From positions 288,001 to 352,000 of the forward strand of contig CAXHZO010000001.1 of assembly GCA_964022095.1 (NCBI GenBank): 64,000 bases of DNA, in the 5' to 3' direction. The stretch's first letter is position 1. Each line of letters begins with the position of its first letter. The translations under genes were made by a program, and so were the position numbers. This DNA comes from an uncultured Arcobacteraceae bacterium (lineage in GTDB: Bacteria; Campylobacterota; Campylobacteria; Campylobacterales; Arcobacteraceae). Positions 28,155 through 38,982 of this stretch are shown piece after piece. A model generated the notes under the pieces. The model was not told the DNA's origin and did no database searches. It saw only the letters and a list, made by a program, of their open reading frames with translations.

Positions 28155-28961
28155 TTATTTAATAACAATCTTAGCTTTACTTCTAAGTTTGTCAGCTAAT
28201 TCTTTTGCTTCTTTATTATATTTGTTTCCGATAAGAATTTGTGAAATATTACCCTCTACTTCTTTAAAAGATAATGATTTAGATGCTTTTTTATCTTTTA
28301 AGTAAATTACATGGTAACCAAATTGAGTTTTTACTGGCGATTTAGAATATGATTTAACATTTAAACTTTTTGCAGCTTTTGAAAATTCTGGAACCATTTG
28401 AGCTTCATTAAATTCTCCTAAATCTCCACCATTTTTTTTACTTGGTCCAATTGATTTAGTTTTAGCTAATTGAATAAATTTAGATTCTTTATTAGATGCA
28501 CTATTTAATTGTTTGATAATCTCTTTTGCTTCATTTTCAGTTTTAACTAAAATATGTCTAGCATTTAACATTCCTGGCTTAACAAATTTTTCTTTGTTTT
28601 TGTTATAGAAATCTTTTTTCTCAGCGTCTGAAAATTTAAGTTTTTCAATTTCATTTTTTTGCCAAATTTGAAAAGCTAAATCTTCTTTCATTTTTTTTAT
28701 AGCATTTTTAAATGTACTATCATTTTCAATACCGTTTTTTAAAGCATCTTTTGCAATTAATTTTCTATTGATAATTTGTTCAATAACTTGTTTTTTTGCA
28801 TTTGCAGGTAATTTTTCAAAGTTAATTCTTGGATCTTGAAGTACAACTGCAACATCCTCTTTTGTAATCTTTTCTCCATTTACTGTTGCATAATAATCTG
28901 CTGCACTCGCTGTTGATGCTAATGCAAGTGATACTATAAAACTCGATACTACTTTTCTCAT
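28155..28961 (-). CDS. Periplasmic parvulin-type PPIase (PEB4/SurA-like)
   Basis: ARHILVK, GGDLG, MVPEFS, KTQFGYHVI; position next to fba and hsrA. Confidence 0.9.
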   Translation of the reverse strand: MRKVVSSFIVSLALASTASAADYYATVNGEKITKEDVAVVLQDPRINFEKLPANAKKQVIEQIINRKLIAKDALKNGIENDSTFKNAIKKMKEDLAFQIWQKNEIEKLKFSDAEKKDFYNKNKEKFVKPGMLNARHILVKTENEAKEIIKQLNSASNKESKFIQLAKTKSIGPSKKNGGDLGEFNEAQMVPEFSKAAKSLNVKSYSKSPVKTQFGYHVIYLKDKKASKSLSFKEVEGNISQILIGNKYNKEAKELADKLRSKAKIVIK

Positions 28962-29122
28962 ATTATTCCTTATTATTTTTATATTTGATATTTTATCTTT
29001 TATAAATTAATAAAAAGTTAACTTACATTTTCAAAATAATTAAAAAAGTTACTCTTACTTTTATCAAAATCTAAGAAATTTCAAAATTTACCTTAAAAAA
29101 CCTTTAAATTTTTTAATTTTTA

Positions 29123-29160
29123 TGTTACAATTCGCCAAAATTTAAACTTAACTTAAATTT
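29123..29160 (+). promoter_or_regulatory. hsrA promoter and downstream dyad (candidate autoregulatory site)
   Basis: TGTTACAAT extended -10, then AAATTTAA-N7-TTAAATTT at 29138-29160. Confidence 0.45.
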
Positions 29161-29170
29161 AAGGGACGAG

Positions 29171-29854
29171 ATGAGAATATTAATTATTGAAGACGAAATA
29201 ACATTAAACAGAACTCTACAAGAAGGATTAACTGATTTTGGATATCAAGTTGATACAGCAGAGAACTATAAAGATGCAGAATACTTTATTGACATTAGAA
29301 ATTATGACTTAGTATTAACTGACTGGATGTTACCAGATGGTGATGGTATTGAATTATGTAAAATTGTAAAAAATAGAAGTTCAAGAACAGCAGTTGTAAT
29401 TATTTCTGCAAGAGATGATAAAGAATCAGAGATTGAAGCACTAAAATCTGGTGCAGATGATTTCATCAAAAAACCATTTGATTTTGATATCTTATTAGCT
29501 AGAATTGAAGCTAGATTAAGATTTGGTGGAACAAATGTAATTGAGATTGATGATTTATCAATTAATCCTGATGAAGAAAAAATTGAATACAACGGTGAAG
29601 AGATTGAATTAAAAGGTAAACCTTTTGAAGTATTAACTCACTTAGCTAGACATAGAGATCAAATTGTATCTAAAGAACAATTACTAGATGCTATCTGGGA
29701 AGAACCAGAATTAGTAACTCCAAACGTAATTGAAGTTGCAATCAATCAAATTAGACAAAAAATGGATAAACCATTAAACATCTCTACTATTGAGACAATT
29801 AGAAGAAGAGGTTACAGATTCTGTTACCCTAATACAGTTGATGACGATAAATAA
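29171..29854 (+). CDS. hsrA: Homeostatic OmpR-family response regulator (HP1043/CosR/HsrA)
   Basis: IDIRNYDLVL, KGKPFEVLTHLARHRDQIVSKEQLLDAIWEEPELVTPNVIEVAINQIRQKMDKPL. Confidence 0.93.
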   Translation: MRILIIEDEITLNRTLQEGLTDFGYQVDTAENYKDAEYFIDIRNYDLVLTDWMLPDGDGIELCKIVKNRSSRTAVVIISARDDKESEIEALKSGADDFIKKPFDFDILLARIEARLRFGGTNVIEIDDLSINPDEEKIEYNGEEIELKGKPFEVLTHLARHRDQIVSKEQLLDAIWEEPELVTPNVIEVAINQIRQKMDKPLNISTIETIRRRGYRFCYPNTVDDDK

Positions 29855-29874
29855 ATAGAGAACTTTTTAACTAA

Positions 29875-31158
29875 ATGAAAAGTAGAAGTATATATAAACA
29901 GTTCTATAATAAACTGATTATTGCTACTTCACTTTTTATTATCACTTTATCTTTCATATTTTACGAATATACAAGAAGTACAATCCACGAAGACATACAA
30001 AACGACCTTTTAAAACAAGCTAAACAGATATATAAAGGTACATATACACATCACAATTTCAAGCCATCACAAAGTGATAATATAACAATAGAATTAGTAA
30101 CTAACAATAGTTTAAAAAACTACAAATTCTATAATTATAAAAGAGGTGAAAATCATTATATAAAGCTGTTATACCCTTTTGATATAAAGAATAATCAATT
30201 TTTACAAATTGTAAAAAATATCAATTTTGAAAGGGAGTTACTATACTCATTGATTTTCAAAAATCTTTTTATATTAGCTATTCCAGGCTTTATTATGATG
30301 CTTTTATATGCAGTATTTGTTTCAAGATCACTTTTAAAACCAATTATTCAGATTAATAATAAATTATCAAATATGGATGAAAATAGTTTAACTCAAATTG
30401 ACAAAAAAGATTTGCCTGTAGAGTTTCACTCTCTTTCAAATTCAATTAATTCATTAACAAATAGAATTGAGACCTATGTAAAGTTTAAAAAAGAGCTATT
30501 TATTGGTGCGGCACATGAATTAAAAACACCACTTGCAGTAATGAAATTAAAAAATGAAGTAACTTTAAGAAAACAAAGGGAAATTGAGCAATATGAAGAG
30601 ACTTTAAAACTTACTATAAAATCTATTGATGACATGAATATCATGATATCTTCAATATTAGATATAGGTCGTGCTGAAGGTGCTCAATTTGAACAAACTA
30701 CAGAATTAGATTTAGTTCAATATTTAAAAAAGAAAACAAATGATTATAGAATGTTAAGTGCACAAAAAAATATTATAATTACATTCTTTTCAAATATAAA
30801 CTACTTGCATACAACAATTCAATTAACACTATTTAATCAAATTTTACAAAACTTTGTACAAAATGCCATAAAGTTCACTCCTAATAATAAATCAATTGCC
30901 ATTAGATTAAAAAAGAAAAAAGACAAAATTGTTGTAACAGTAACGGATGAAGGTATTGGAATTGATGAAAATATGGATTTATTTGCACCATTTAAAAGAG
31001 CTGGAAATCAAAGTGGAGTTGGATTAGGACTATTTTTGGCTAAAAATGCAGCTGATGCATTAAGAGGAAAAATATCACTTAAAAATAGAAAAGACGAAAA
31101 ATCTGGGTGTATTGCAAAGCTTGAACTTCCCAACACTCCCAAAAAATTAACTATTTAG
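29875..31158 (+). CDS. Sensor histidine kinase, cognate to HsrA
   Basis: Two TM segments, HAMP, AHELKTPL H-box, NAIKF, DEGIG, GVGLGL. Confidence 0.92.
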   Translation: MKSRSIYKQFYNKLIIATSLFIITLSFIFYEYTRSTIHEDIQNDLLKQAKQIYKGTYTHHNFKPSQSDNITIELVTNNSLKNYKFYNYKRGENHYIKLLYPFDIKNNQFLQIVKNINFERELLYSLIFKNLFILAIPGFIMMLLYAVFVSRSLLKPIIQINNKLSNMDENSLTQIDKKDLPVEFHSLSNSINSLTNRIETYVKFKKELFIGAAHELKTPLAVMKLKNEVTLRKQREIEQYEETLKLTIKSIDDMNIMISSILDIGRAEGAQFEQTTELDLVQYLKKKTNDYRMLSAQKNIIITFFSNINYLHTTIQLTLFNQILQNFVQNAIKFTPNNKSIAIRLKKKKDKIVVTVTDEGIGIDENMDLFAPFKRAGNQSGVGLGLFLAKNAADALRGKISLKNRKDEKSGCIAKLELPNTPKKLTI

Positions 31159-31583
31159 AAATTATTAGCATGCTCTATTTTTGTACATTTATTTTGTACT
31201 ACTTTTAAACCAGCTGCTTTTGCTTTTGCTGCTGCTTTATTATTCACTAAACCTAATTGTGTCCAAACAGTTTTTACATCATCTCTAGCAATTGCTTCAT
31301 CAACAATTGCAGCAATTGCATCAGGCTTTCTAAAAATGTCTACCATATCAATCTCAAAAGGAATTTCAGAAATAGTTCTATAAACTTTTTCTCCTAAAAT
31401 TTCATCCTCTTTTGGATAAACAGGAACTACTTTAAATCCTGCTCTTTGTAAATATCTAGCAACCATATTACTAGCTTTCTCTTCATTTGGAGAAAGTCCA
31501 GCAATTGCAATCACTTTTGTATTATTAAATATTTCAATTATCTCTTCATTATTAGAATTTACACTTGGAAATTCGCACTCCAT
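31155..31583 (-). CDS. CoA-binding protein (YccU-like)
   Basis: IAIAGLS, VPVYP, DMVDIFRK, VWTQLG. Confidence 0.88.
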   Translation of the reverse strand: MECEFPSVNSNNEEIIEIFNNTKVIAIAGLSPNEEKASNMVARYLQRAGFKVVPVYPKEDEILGEKVYRTISEIPFEIDMVDIFRKPDAIAAIVDEAIARDDVKTVWTQLGLVNNKAAAKAKAAGLKVVQNKCTKIEHANNF

Positions 31584-31814
31584 TTTATATCCTTAATTTT
31601 TATTTCACATATTATAATTAGTTTTCTTTAACTTATCAATATATTAGTTCAGATTATAGGATAACTCTTTATAAATAGTTATTAGAAATTTCTAAACTAA
31701 CAATTAAATCATCATATATTATTAATGTAACATTAAGAATAAAACAGTTAGAAAAGAATTTAGGCTTTAAACTATTTAATAGAGTCTCAAAAGATGTAAA
31801 ATTAAGGTTAAACT

Positions 31815-32138
31815 ATGAAAAGACTATTTATTTATGGAACACTAGCGCCAGGAAGGCCAAATGAACATAAACTACAAGATATTAAAGGTTATTGGAAAAA
31901 AGGTACTGTTAAAGGTATATTAAAAGAAGAAGGATGGGGTGCTGACTTTGGATATCCAGGAATTATTCTAGATGAAAATGCAAGTGAAGTTGAAGGTTTT
32001 ATTTTTACTTCAAATGAATTAGATAATAAACTAAGCGAGCTTGATGAATTTGAAGGTGAAGAGTATAAAAGAGTTCTAACAAAAGTCTTGCTTGAAGATA
32101 ATCAAACTGTTGATGCTTATATATATGCTTTAAAATAA
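31815..32138 (+). CDS. Gamma-glutamylcyclotransferase family protein
   Basis: LFIYGTL, LDEFEGEEYKR. Confidence 0.85.
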   Translation: MKRLFIYGTLAPGRPNEHKLQDIKGYWKKGTVKGILKEEGWGADFGYPGIILDENASEVEGFIFTSNELDNKLSELDEFEGEEYKRVLTKVLLEDNQTVDAYIYALK

Positions 32139-32397
32139 AAAGAGTAGTTTAACTCTTCTTTTATAAATTGTAAAAAATTATTTGCAAATACTCTTATTTT
32201 TAAATAAAGTATAGAAAACTATTACCTATCCTATATTTAGGATACTTTTTATCCTATTTACTCTCCTTATAAAAATAATTATTGTTTCAAAGTCACTATT
32301 TAAATAAGAAATACTTATATTAATTTTATATATTCTTAATAATTATTGCTTTATCATTTCAATATATAAGTTTAAATTATAGAAAGGTAATTAGTTT

Positions 32398-32607
32398 ATG
32401 TTATTAAAAAACTTTTTAAATATGTATATTGAAGGCTTTAAAAACCTGAAATTAGGTAAAACTCTTTGGAAACTAATACTTATAAAACTCTTTTTTATTT
32501 TAGTACTTCTAAAATATTTTGTTTATGATGAAAACTTTAAAAATACATACAGAACACAAGAAACAAAAATAGATTTTGTATATAAAAATATTACAAAGGA
32601 TAGATAA
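32398..32607 (+). CDS. DUF4492 small membrane protein
   Basis: YIEGFKNLKLGKTLWKLILIKLF; immediately upstream of cydA. Confidence 0.85.
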   Translation: MLLKNFLNMYIEGFKNLKLGKTLWKLILIKLFFILVLLKYFVYDENFKNTYRTQETKIDFVYKNITKDR

Positions 32608-34133
32608 TGGAAGAGCATTTAGTAGACTGGTCTAGAGCTCAATTTGCCCTAACAGCAATATATCATTGGTTGTTTGTACCACTTACATTAGGACTTGGTT
32701 TTATTATTGCAATTATGGAAACAATCTATGTAAAAACAAATAGTGAATTTTGGAAAAAAACTACAAAATTTTGGATGACACTTTTTGCCATAAATTTTGC
32801 CATTGGTGTTGCAACTGGAATTATAATGGAGTTTGAGTTTGGGACTAACTGGGCAAACTACTCTTGGTTTGTAGGAGATATATTTGGAGCACCTTTAGCA
32901 GTTGAGGGAATTTTGGCTTTTTTTATGGAGTCAACTTTTTTTGCTGTTATGTTTTTTGGTTGGGATAAAGTATCAAAGGGATTTCATTTACTTTCAACTT
33001 GGTTAGTTGCAATTGGCTCGAATCTTAGTGCTTTATGGATTTTAGTTGCAAATGGTTGGATGCAATATCCTGTGGGAATGACATTTAATCCAGATACAGT
33101 AAGAAATGAAATGAATAACTTTTGGGAAGTTCTATTCTCCCCTGTTGCCATCTCAAAGTTTTTGCATACTATTTCTAGTGGGTATATAGTTGCATCACTA
33201 TTTGTAGTTGGTATTTCTGCTTGGTATTTACTAAAAAGAAGAGAAATAGAATTTGCTAAGAAATCTATGATTATAGGAGCTACTTTTGGTTTGATTTCAT
33301 CTATTTTTATTATAGTAAATGGTGATGAATCAGCTCATCAAGTAGCCCTTAAACAACCAGTAAAACTAGCAGCAATGGAAGGTCTTTATGAAGGAAAAGA
33401 AGATGCTGGAATAGTTGCTGTTGGTATTTTAAATCCTAAGAAAACACTTACAAATGATGAAGAGACTTTTCTTTTTGAATTAGAAGCACCCTATGCCCTA
33501 TCACTTCTTGGATACCATGATATTCATGCCTTTGTTCCTGGACTTAAAGATCTAGTTTATGGAAATGAAAAATATAATATTATTCCAACTTCACAAAAAA
33601 TGGCTCAAGGTAAGATAGCAATTCAGGCACTAAAAGATTACAAAGAAGCCAAAAGAAACAATGACCTAATAGCTATGATTAAACATGAAAAAATACTTAG
33701 AGAAAATATAAAGTATTTTGGATATGGACATCTTCATAAACCTGAGGATATTGTTCCTTCTGTTGGTATTACATTTTATGCTTTCCATATTATGGTAGCT
33801 CTTGGATCATGGTTTTTGGCATTATTTGCTTTACTATTATTCTTTGTTCTTAAAAAAGATATTTTAAAGTATAGATGGCTTTTAATAAGTGCAGTTGCTT
33901 CAATTCCTTTAGGATATATTGCAAGTGAAGCAGGTTGGATTGTAGCTGAAGTTGGACGACAACCTTGGGCAATTCAAGACTTGATGCCTGTTGGTATTGC
34001 AGCTACTGATATTTCATCTACAAATGTAAAGATTACATTTTATATGTTCGCATTTTTATTTACTGCACTTTTAATTGCAGAAATAAAAATCATGCTAAGA
34101 CAAATTTCAATTGGTCCAAATGGAGGTCATTAA
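32607..34133 (+). CDS. cydA: Cytochrome bd oxidase subunit I
   Basis: [45 protein letters not shown]. Confidence 0.96.
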   Translation: MEEHLVDWSRAQFALTAIYHWLFVPLTLGLGFIIAIMETIYVKTNSEFWKKTTKFWMTLFAINFAIGVATGIIMEFEFGTNWANYSWFVGDIFGAPLAVEGILAFFMESTFFAVMFFGWDKVSKGFHLLSTWLVAIGSNLSALWILVANGWMQYPVGMTFNPDTVRNEMNNFWEVLFSPVAISKFLHTISSGYIVASLFVVGISAWYLLKRREIEFAKKSMIIGATFGLISSIFIIVNGDESAHQVALKQPVKLAAMEGLYEGKEDAGIVAVGILNPKKTLTNDEETFLFELEAPYALSLLGYHDIHAFVPGLKDLVYGNEKYNIIPTSQKMAQGKIAIQALKDYKEAKRNNDLIAMIKHEKILRENIKYFGYGHLHKPEDIVPSVGITFYAFHIMVALGSWFLALFALLLFFVLKKDILKYRWLLISAVASIPLGYIASEAGWIVAEVGRQPWAIQDLMPVGIAATDISSTNVKITFYMFAFLFTALLIAEIKIMLRQISIGPNGGH

Positions 34134-34134
34134 A

Positions 34135-35268
34135 ATGTTTGAAGAACTTACACTATTACAACTACAACAATACTGGTGGATTATAATCTCACTACTTGGT
34201 GGTATTTTTGGATTTATTATGTTTGTACAAGGTGGCCAAACTCTATTTGGAACTATTTCAAAAGGGGATGAGACTCTAAAAACTATGCTTGTAAATTCAC
34301 TTGGTAGAAAATGGGAACTTAGTTTTACAACTTTAGTTTTATTTGGTGGGGCTTTATTTGCAGCATTTCCTTTGTTTTACTCTACTAGTTTTGGCGGGGC
34401 TTATTGGGTTTGGATGTCAATTTTATTTTGTTTCATTATTCAAGCAGTATCATATGAGTATAGAAAAAAACCTCAAAATTTCTTAGGTCAAAAAGTGTAT
34501 GAAAGCTTTTTATATATAAATGGTAGTTTAGGAGTTATTTTGCTTGGAGTTGCTATTGCTACGTTTTTTTCAGGTTCATCTTTTAGTGTGGATGAAAACA
34601 ACTTTTCCCATTGGCACACAAGTCTAAGAGGTCTTGAAGCTTTAACAGATCCATTTAATCTAAGTCTTGGTTTTGCCCTATTCTTTTTAGTTAGAATCTC
34701 AGGAGCTTTATATTTTATCAATAATATAGACCATGAAATTATTAGACAAAGAGCTATAAAAAGTATAAAAATCAATATGCCTATCTTTTTAGTTTTCTTT
34801 TCTATTTTTCTTTTTTTACTATTTACAAAAGAAGGTTTTGCTTATGATTGTGAGGGTTTTGTTTATTTAGTAAAATACAAATATTTACATAACTTTTTAG
34901 AAATACCTATAGTTTTTACTCTTTTTATTTTAGGAATTATTATGGTAGTAATAGCTGTTGTTGCAACTATTCACTTTAATATGACATGTTGTATTAAAAC
35001 TGGTGGATTAGGAATAGTTTTAACTGTAATGGCACTATTTTTAAATGTTGGATTTAATAATACATCATATTACCCATCTGTATATGATTTACAAAGTTCA
35101 CTTACTATACAAAACAGTTCAGGCAGTCACTATACACTTACAACAATGTCTTATGTATCTTTGATGGTACCTTTTGTAATAGCATATATTACTTATGTTT
35201 GGTACCAAATGGATAAAGTAAAAATCACAAAAGAGGAAATAGAAGATCCTCATGCACACAATTATTAG
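34135..35268 (+). CDS. cydB: Cytochrome bd oxidase subunit II
   Basis: LQQYWW, LGRKWELSFTTLVLFGGALFAAFPLFY; follows cydA. Confidence 0.94.
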   Translation: MFEELTLLQLQQYWWIIISLLGGIFGFIMFVQGGQTLFGTISKGDETLKTMLVNSLGRKWELSFTTLVLFGGALFAAFPLFYSTSFGGAYWVWMSILFCFIIQAVSYEYRKKPQNFLGQKVYESFLYINGSLGVILLGVAIATFFSGSSFSVDENNFSHWHTSLRGLEALTDPFNLSLGFALFFLVRISGALYFINNIDHEIIRQRAIKSIKINMPIFLVFFSIFLFLLFTKEGFAYDCEGFVYLVKYKYLHNFLEIPIVFTLFILGIIMVVIAVVATIHFNMTCCIKTGGLGIVLTVMALFLNVGFNNTSYYPSVYDLQSSLTIQNSSGSHYTLTTMSYVSLMVPFVIAYITYVWYQMDKVKITKEEIEDPHAHNY

Positions 35269-35277
35269 GAGATTATT

Positions 35278-35373
35278 ATGGAATATTTAAGTTCAATTAT
35301 TTGGCTTTGTTCATGGCCTATAATCATTTATATAGCATTCAAGTTATCATTGAGAAATATTAAGGAAAAGTAA
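35278..35373 (+). CDS. Small cytochrome bd accessory subunit candidate (CydX/CydY-like), 31 aa
   Basis: AGGAG RBS; MEYLSSIIWLCSWPIIIYIAFKLSLRNIKEK, single TM helix directly after cydB. Not in ORF track. Confidence 0.8.
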   Translation: MEYLSSIIWLCSWPIIIYIAFKLSLRNIKEK

Positions 35374-35385
35374 ATGATAAGGGCT

Positions 35386-35508
35386 ATGAAAAAAGGATTT
35401 GTCTACTTCCTTTTTATAATTATATTAATAAATGTGGTTCAAGATTTAAATAAAAAAGATTTAAAAAATGAAATAAAAACACATGCTAGTTATATTAACA
35501 AAGATTAA
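35386..35508 (+). CDS. Small putative single-TM protein, 40 aa
   Basis: AAGGG RBS; MKKGFVYFLFIIILINVVQDLNKKD...; fills the gap to the convergent gene. Confidence 0.4.
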   Translation: MKKGFVYFLFIIILINVVQDLNKKDLKNEIKTHASYINKD

Positions 35509-36551
35509 AGCTTATCTAATCTTTGTTGAACATAGTTTTTCACATCTTGATAGTTAATTGTTTCTCTAAAGTCTTCAAATTTACCACCACTTGCATTTAC
35601 ATGTCCACCGCCATTTGCGATTTTTTCTGCCATTTGCGATACATTTACAACACCATCTGCTCTAAATGATGCATTACCTTTTCTTCCTACATCAATAAAG
35701 AAATCAAAGTCATCATTTGCTTTTAAAAATGCATTTGCAGGAATAGAAACAGAACCAAGACAGTAAGTTAATAAACCTTTGTGCCCATTATAAACTACAG
35801 TTAACTCATCTTTTACATCAGCTAATGTTTTTACTAAATATTTTGCACTTAAATTATCTAAAGTATCATCTTGCGTGCTTTGGTTTAAAAACTCTTTTTT
35901 AAATGAATGAATACTACTATCAAGCTTGATATTTGCATTTTCTTCATTTAAAAAATTTGTAGCTTTTTTTAATAAAAAAAGTCTATACTCTCTATTTAAA
36001 TCTGCAAATAAAACATTGTTTATTTCCCTTGCACCACTAACCATAGTCATTAAAACTTTTCCAAACTCAAAGTTTGTAATCTCTTCTTCTACCCAAATAT
36101 CAATTGCATTAATTGCATTTACAAGTGGTTTCATCCACTCACTTGTTTTACAATCAAAACCTTCATACTCTTCGAATAAATAATCATATACTATTTTTGT
36201 AGCACATCTATTGTTATCTAAGTAATACCAATCAAATTCATCAGCGCTTCTTTGTCCACTTGCATGATGATCTAAAAGTTGAAGTTTAATATTAAAACCT
36301 TCATCTCTTAATTGATTTATGTTTTTATCTAAATCTTTTGACTCTTTAAAAGTTAAGTTTAAATCACTAATAATTAATAAAATCTCTTCATCTTTGTGAT
36401 TTAAAATCTCTTTTAAAACTTTTGCAATTGTTAGTTTAACTTCTATTCCATAATTAGCATTATAAAAATAGCCCTCTTTAAAGAACTCTTTTGTAATTAG
36501 TTGGCAACCATATCCATCAAGATCGGTATGGGAAATATGAAATAACTTCAT
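35505..36551 (-). CDS. DHH-family phosphoesterase
   Basis: SHTDLDG, SDL, LDHH, GGGH motifs. Confidence 0.88.
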   Translation of the reverse strand: MKLFHISHTDLDGYGCQLITKEFFKEGYFYNANYGIEVKLTIAKVLKEILNHKDEEILLIISDLNLTFKESKDLDKNINQLRDEGFNIKLQLLDHHASGQRSADEFDWYYLDNNRCATKIVYDYLFEEYEGFDCKTSEWMKPLVNAINAIDIWVEEEITNFEFGKVLMTMVSGAREINNVLFADLNREYRLFLLKKATNFLNEENANIKLDSSIHSFKKEFLNQSTQDDTLDNLSAKYLVKTLADVKDELTVVYNGHKGLLTYCLGSVSIPANAFLKANDDFDFFIDVGRKGNASFRADGVVNVSQMAEKIANGGGHVNASGGKFEDFRETINYQDVKNYVQQRLDKL

Positions 36552-36949
36552 TAAACTAAATCTTTTAAAGTTAAGTCTTTTAGAAAGTCATTTACTTTTA
36601 GTTGTAAATTATTTAATAAAGGCCAAATTGTACAATTCATTGCTTTTTGATTTGGACAACTATCAACTGATGGTGAACATTCAAACACCATAGGGATTCG
36701 CTCTTCAGCAGCTTCTACAATTTCTAATATTGTCATTTCTTCCCATGATTTTTTTAATGTAAATCCACCATTAACACCTCTATGAGAGATAACTAGTTCA
36801 TTTTTTGCTAAGTTCTGCATGATTTTTGCTAAAAATGATTTTGAGATATCAAGCTCTTTTGATAAAACATCTACATTTTTTGCTTTGTCATCTTGAGCAA
36901 TTGAAATTAGTGATAATAATGCATATTCGCTTTTTTTTGTTAATAACAT
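36551..36949 (-). CDS. Rrf2-family transcriptional regulator
   Basis: MLLTKKSEYAL, FLAKIMQNL, SHRGVNGGF, three Cys (CSPSVDSCP..NC). Confidence 0.9.
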   Translation of the reverse strand: MLLTKKSEYALLSLISIAQDDKAKNVDVLSKELDISKSFLAKIMQNLAKNELVISHRGVNGGFTLKKSWEEMTILEIVEAAEERIPMVFECSPSVDSCPNQKAMNCTIWPLLNNLQLKVNDFLKDLTLKDLV

Positions 36950-37036
36950 ATTAATTCCGATTCTTTTTGTCTTAATTCTACAAAAAAGTTCATTAAGATT
37001 AGTTATTATATTCAACTAATATTATTTTTTAATAAA

Positions 37037-37073
37037 AAAAAAGGGTTGCAGCACGAAACTACAACCCTTTTTT
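37037..37073 (-). terminator. rpsO terminator
   Basis: AAAAAAGGGTTG...CAACCCTTTTTT hairpin with flanking A/T tracts. Confidence 0.8.
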
Positions 37074-37092
37074 CAATATTTAGTAAGTAAAA

Positions 37093-37365
37093 TTACTTAG
37101 CTCTAATTCCTAAAGAAGCTACTAACTCCGTAAATGAAGCATAGTTTTTCTTTCTTAAGTATGCTAATAATCTTTTTCTTTTACCAACCATTTTTAAAAG
37201 ACCTAATCTTGAAGAGTGATCTTTTTTGTTGATTTTTAAATGCTCTGTTAAAACTTTAATTTGTTCTGTTAATACTGCGATTTGTACTTCCGCTGAACCT
37301 GTATCACCATCTTTTTTTGCATATTTTGCAATAATTCCTGCTTTTACTTCCTGATCTAAAGCCAT
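37093..37365 (-). CDS. rpsO: 30S ribosomal protein S15
   Basis: [33 protein letters not shown]. Confidence 0.98.
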   Translation of the reverse strand: MALDQEVKAGIIAKYAKKDGDTGSAEVQIAVLTEQIKVLTEHLKINKKDHSSRLGLLKMVGKRKRLLAYLRKKNYASFTELVASLGIRAK

Positions 37366-37531
37366 CTTGACCTCCTAATAGGTATATTATATTCTCACTT
37401 ACAATTAAGTGGTCGCGTATTATAGTGAAAAATTTATTAAATTAGCTTTAATAAATTTTTAAAAGGTTTTTTTGCAATATTTCTTTTTTGTGATATAATT
37501 TGTTAATCTAATTTAAAGAAAAGGATATTAT

Positions 37532-38182
37532 ATGATTAATTACCCTAATGTTTTAAGTAATCCTTTTGATCCTGTTTACAAATTAAGTGATGCGGAGAAA
37601 TACTCATTAAAAGAGTGCGACGAACTAATATCTTTAGAAAAATACTCATATAGCTTTTTTGCATTTTGGAATGCAAGTATCATAAACATACAAAGACGTA
37701 TTGAGTTTTTTGGTATTGATGTGTTTTTAAATATTATTGAAAAAAAAGAAGAATTTAATATAAATGGCAATAATTTAAAAGATAGATGGCTAAATATAAA
37801 TGAATATAAAATACTTTTCTATGGAAAAAAATTAAATATAATAAATCACATAACGCATGACTTGTTAAGTACTCTTTTTTGGATGAAATCAAATACAAAT
37901 GAAGAAGAAAATAAAGAAATTACAAAAGATGAAATTATAGCCTTGGTATATTTAATTGAAAAAAACCTTTTTTTAAAGCCGTATAAAGAGGATTTAAGAG
38001 GTAAGAATCCTGCGATAAAAAATACAAAATTGAAATTTAGAAGGAAAGAAGATATGAGTACTGATACAAATGCCATTCCAAGAACTTACCATAATATACT
38101 TATGAAGTCAGGTGTAAAAGCTTTTGAAGATAGCAATAATTTAAATAAAAACAAAGATAAGCTTTTAGATAAATATTGCTAA
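37532..38182 (+). CDS. Hypothetical protein
   Basis: 216-aa ORF with AAGGA RBS and upstream TATAAT; no motif recognised. Confidence 0.7.
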   Translation: MINYPNVLSNPFDPVYKLSDAEKYSLKECDELISLEKYSYSFFAFWNASIINIQRRIEFFGIDVFLNIIEKKEEFNINGNNLKDRWLNINEYKILFYGKKLNIINHITHDLLSTLFWMKSNTNEEENKEITKDEIIALVYLIEKNLFLKPYKEDLRGKNPAIKNTKLKFRRKEDMSTDTNAIPRTYHNILMKSGVKAFEDSNNLNKNKDKLLDKYC

Positions 38183-38976
38183 AATCAAGTATGATTATAA
38201 ATTTTGAAAACATTCATCTCTCATATGACGAGAAACTAATATTAAAAGAATTGAACCTAAAAATCGCAAAAGGCGAGCACTGGGCGATTTTAGGTAAAAA
38301 CGGTAGTGGAAAATCAACCCTAATAAAATTGATTTCATCAGAACTTCACCCAAGACAACAATATAACTATAAAAAAGAGATTCTAGGTAAAGAAAGATAT
38401 ACACTAAGTGAATTAAAACAACATCTAGGAATCATTACAAATGATTTACACAATTACTTTGAAAGACATGGAAACTTCTTAAGTACATATGAAGTTGTGC
38501 TAAGTGGATACTATAGTTCTATTGGAGTATTTAAACATCAAGACTTTACCAAAGAGCAACATCAAAGAGCTTTAGAAGTTATTGATTTTTTAGAATTAAA
38601 TGAAATAAAAGAGAAAAAAGTACATCAACTGTCAACAGGACAGTTAAGAAAAGCAATAATTGCAAGAGCATTAATTCATAAGCCTAGTGCATTTATACTT
38701 GATGAGCCAACAGTTGGACTTGATATAAAAGCTCAAGTAAACTTTATAAAGACCATGAAAAAACTATCTTTAAATGCTAGTATTATTTTAGTAACACATC
38801 ATATTGAAGAGATATTTGAAGAAATAAGTCATGTTGCACTTATTTATGAAAACAAAGTATTCATTCAAGGGAGTAAAGAAGAAATATTAACAAGTGAAAA
38901 CTTGTCTAAAATTTTTGAAGTTGATTTATCAATAAAACAAAAAAATGGTAGATATTTTTTTGATAGGGTTGGATGA
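38176..38976 (+). CDS. ABC ATP-binding protein (ModF/YlmA-like)
   Basis: GEHWAILGKNGSGKST, LSTGQ, ILDEPTVGLD, VTHHIEEI. Confidence 0.85.
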   Translation: MLKSSMIINFENIHLSYDEKLILKELNLKIAKGEHWAILGKNGSGKSTLIKLISSELHPRQQYNYKKEILGKERYTLSELKQHLGIITNDLHNYFERHGNFLSTYEVVLSGYYSSIGVFKHQDFTKEQHQRALEVIDFLELNEIKEKKVHQLSTGQLRKAIIARALIHKPSAFILDEPTVGLDIKAQVNFIKTMKKLSLNASIILVTHHIEEIFEEISHVALIYENKVFIQGSKEEILTSENLSKIFEVDLSIKQKNGRYFFDRVG

Positions 38977-38982
38977 GTTACC

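Noticed and set aside
32140-32290. GGA-rich minus-strand stretch and TAGGATA/TATCCTA dyad upstream of the cyd operon as a possible CsrA-binding RNA or operator
   Set aside because: Few motifs, no clear promoter and no second convincing copy; insufficient support.
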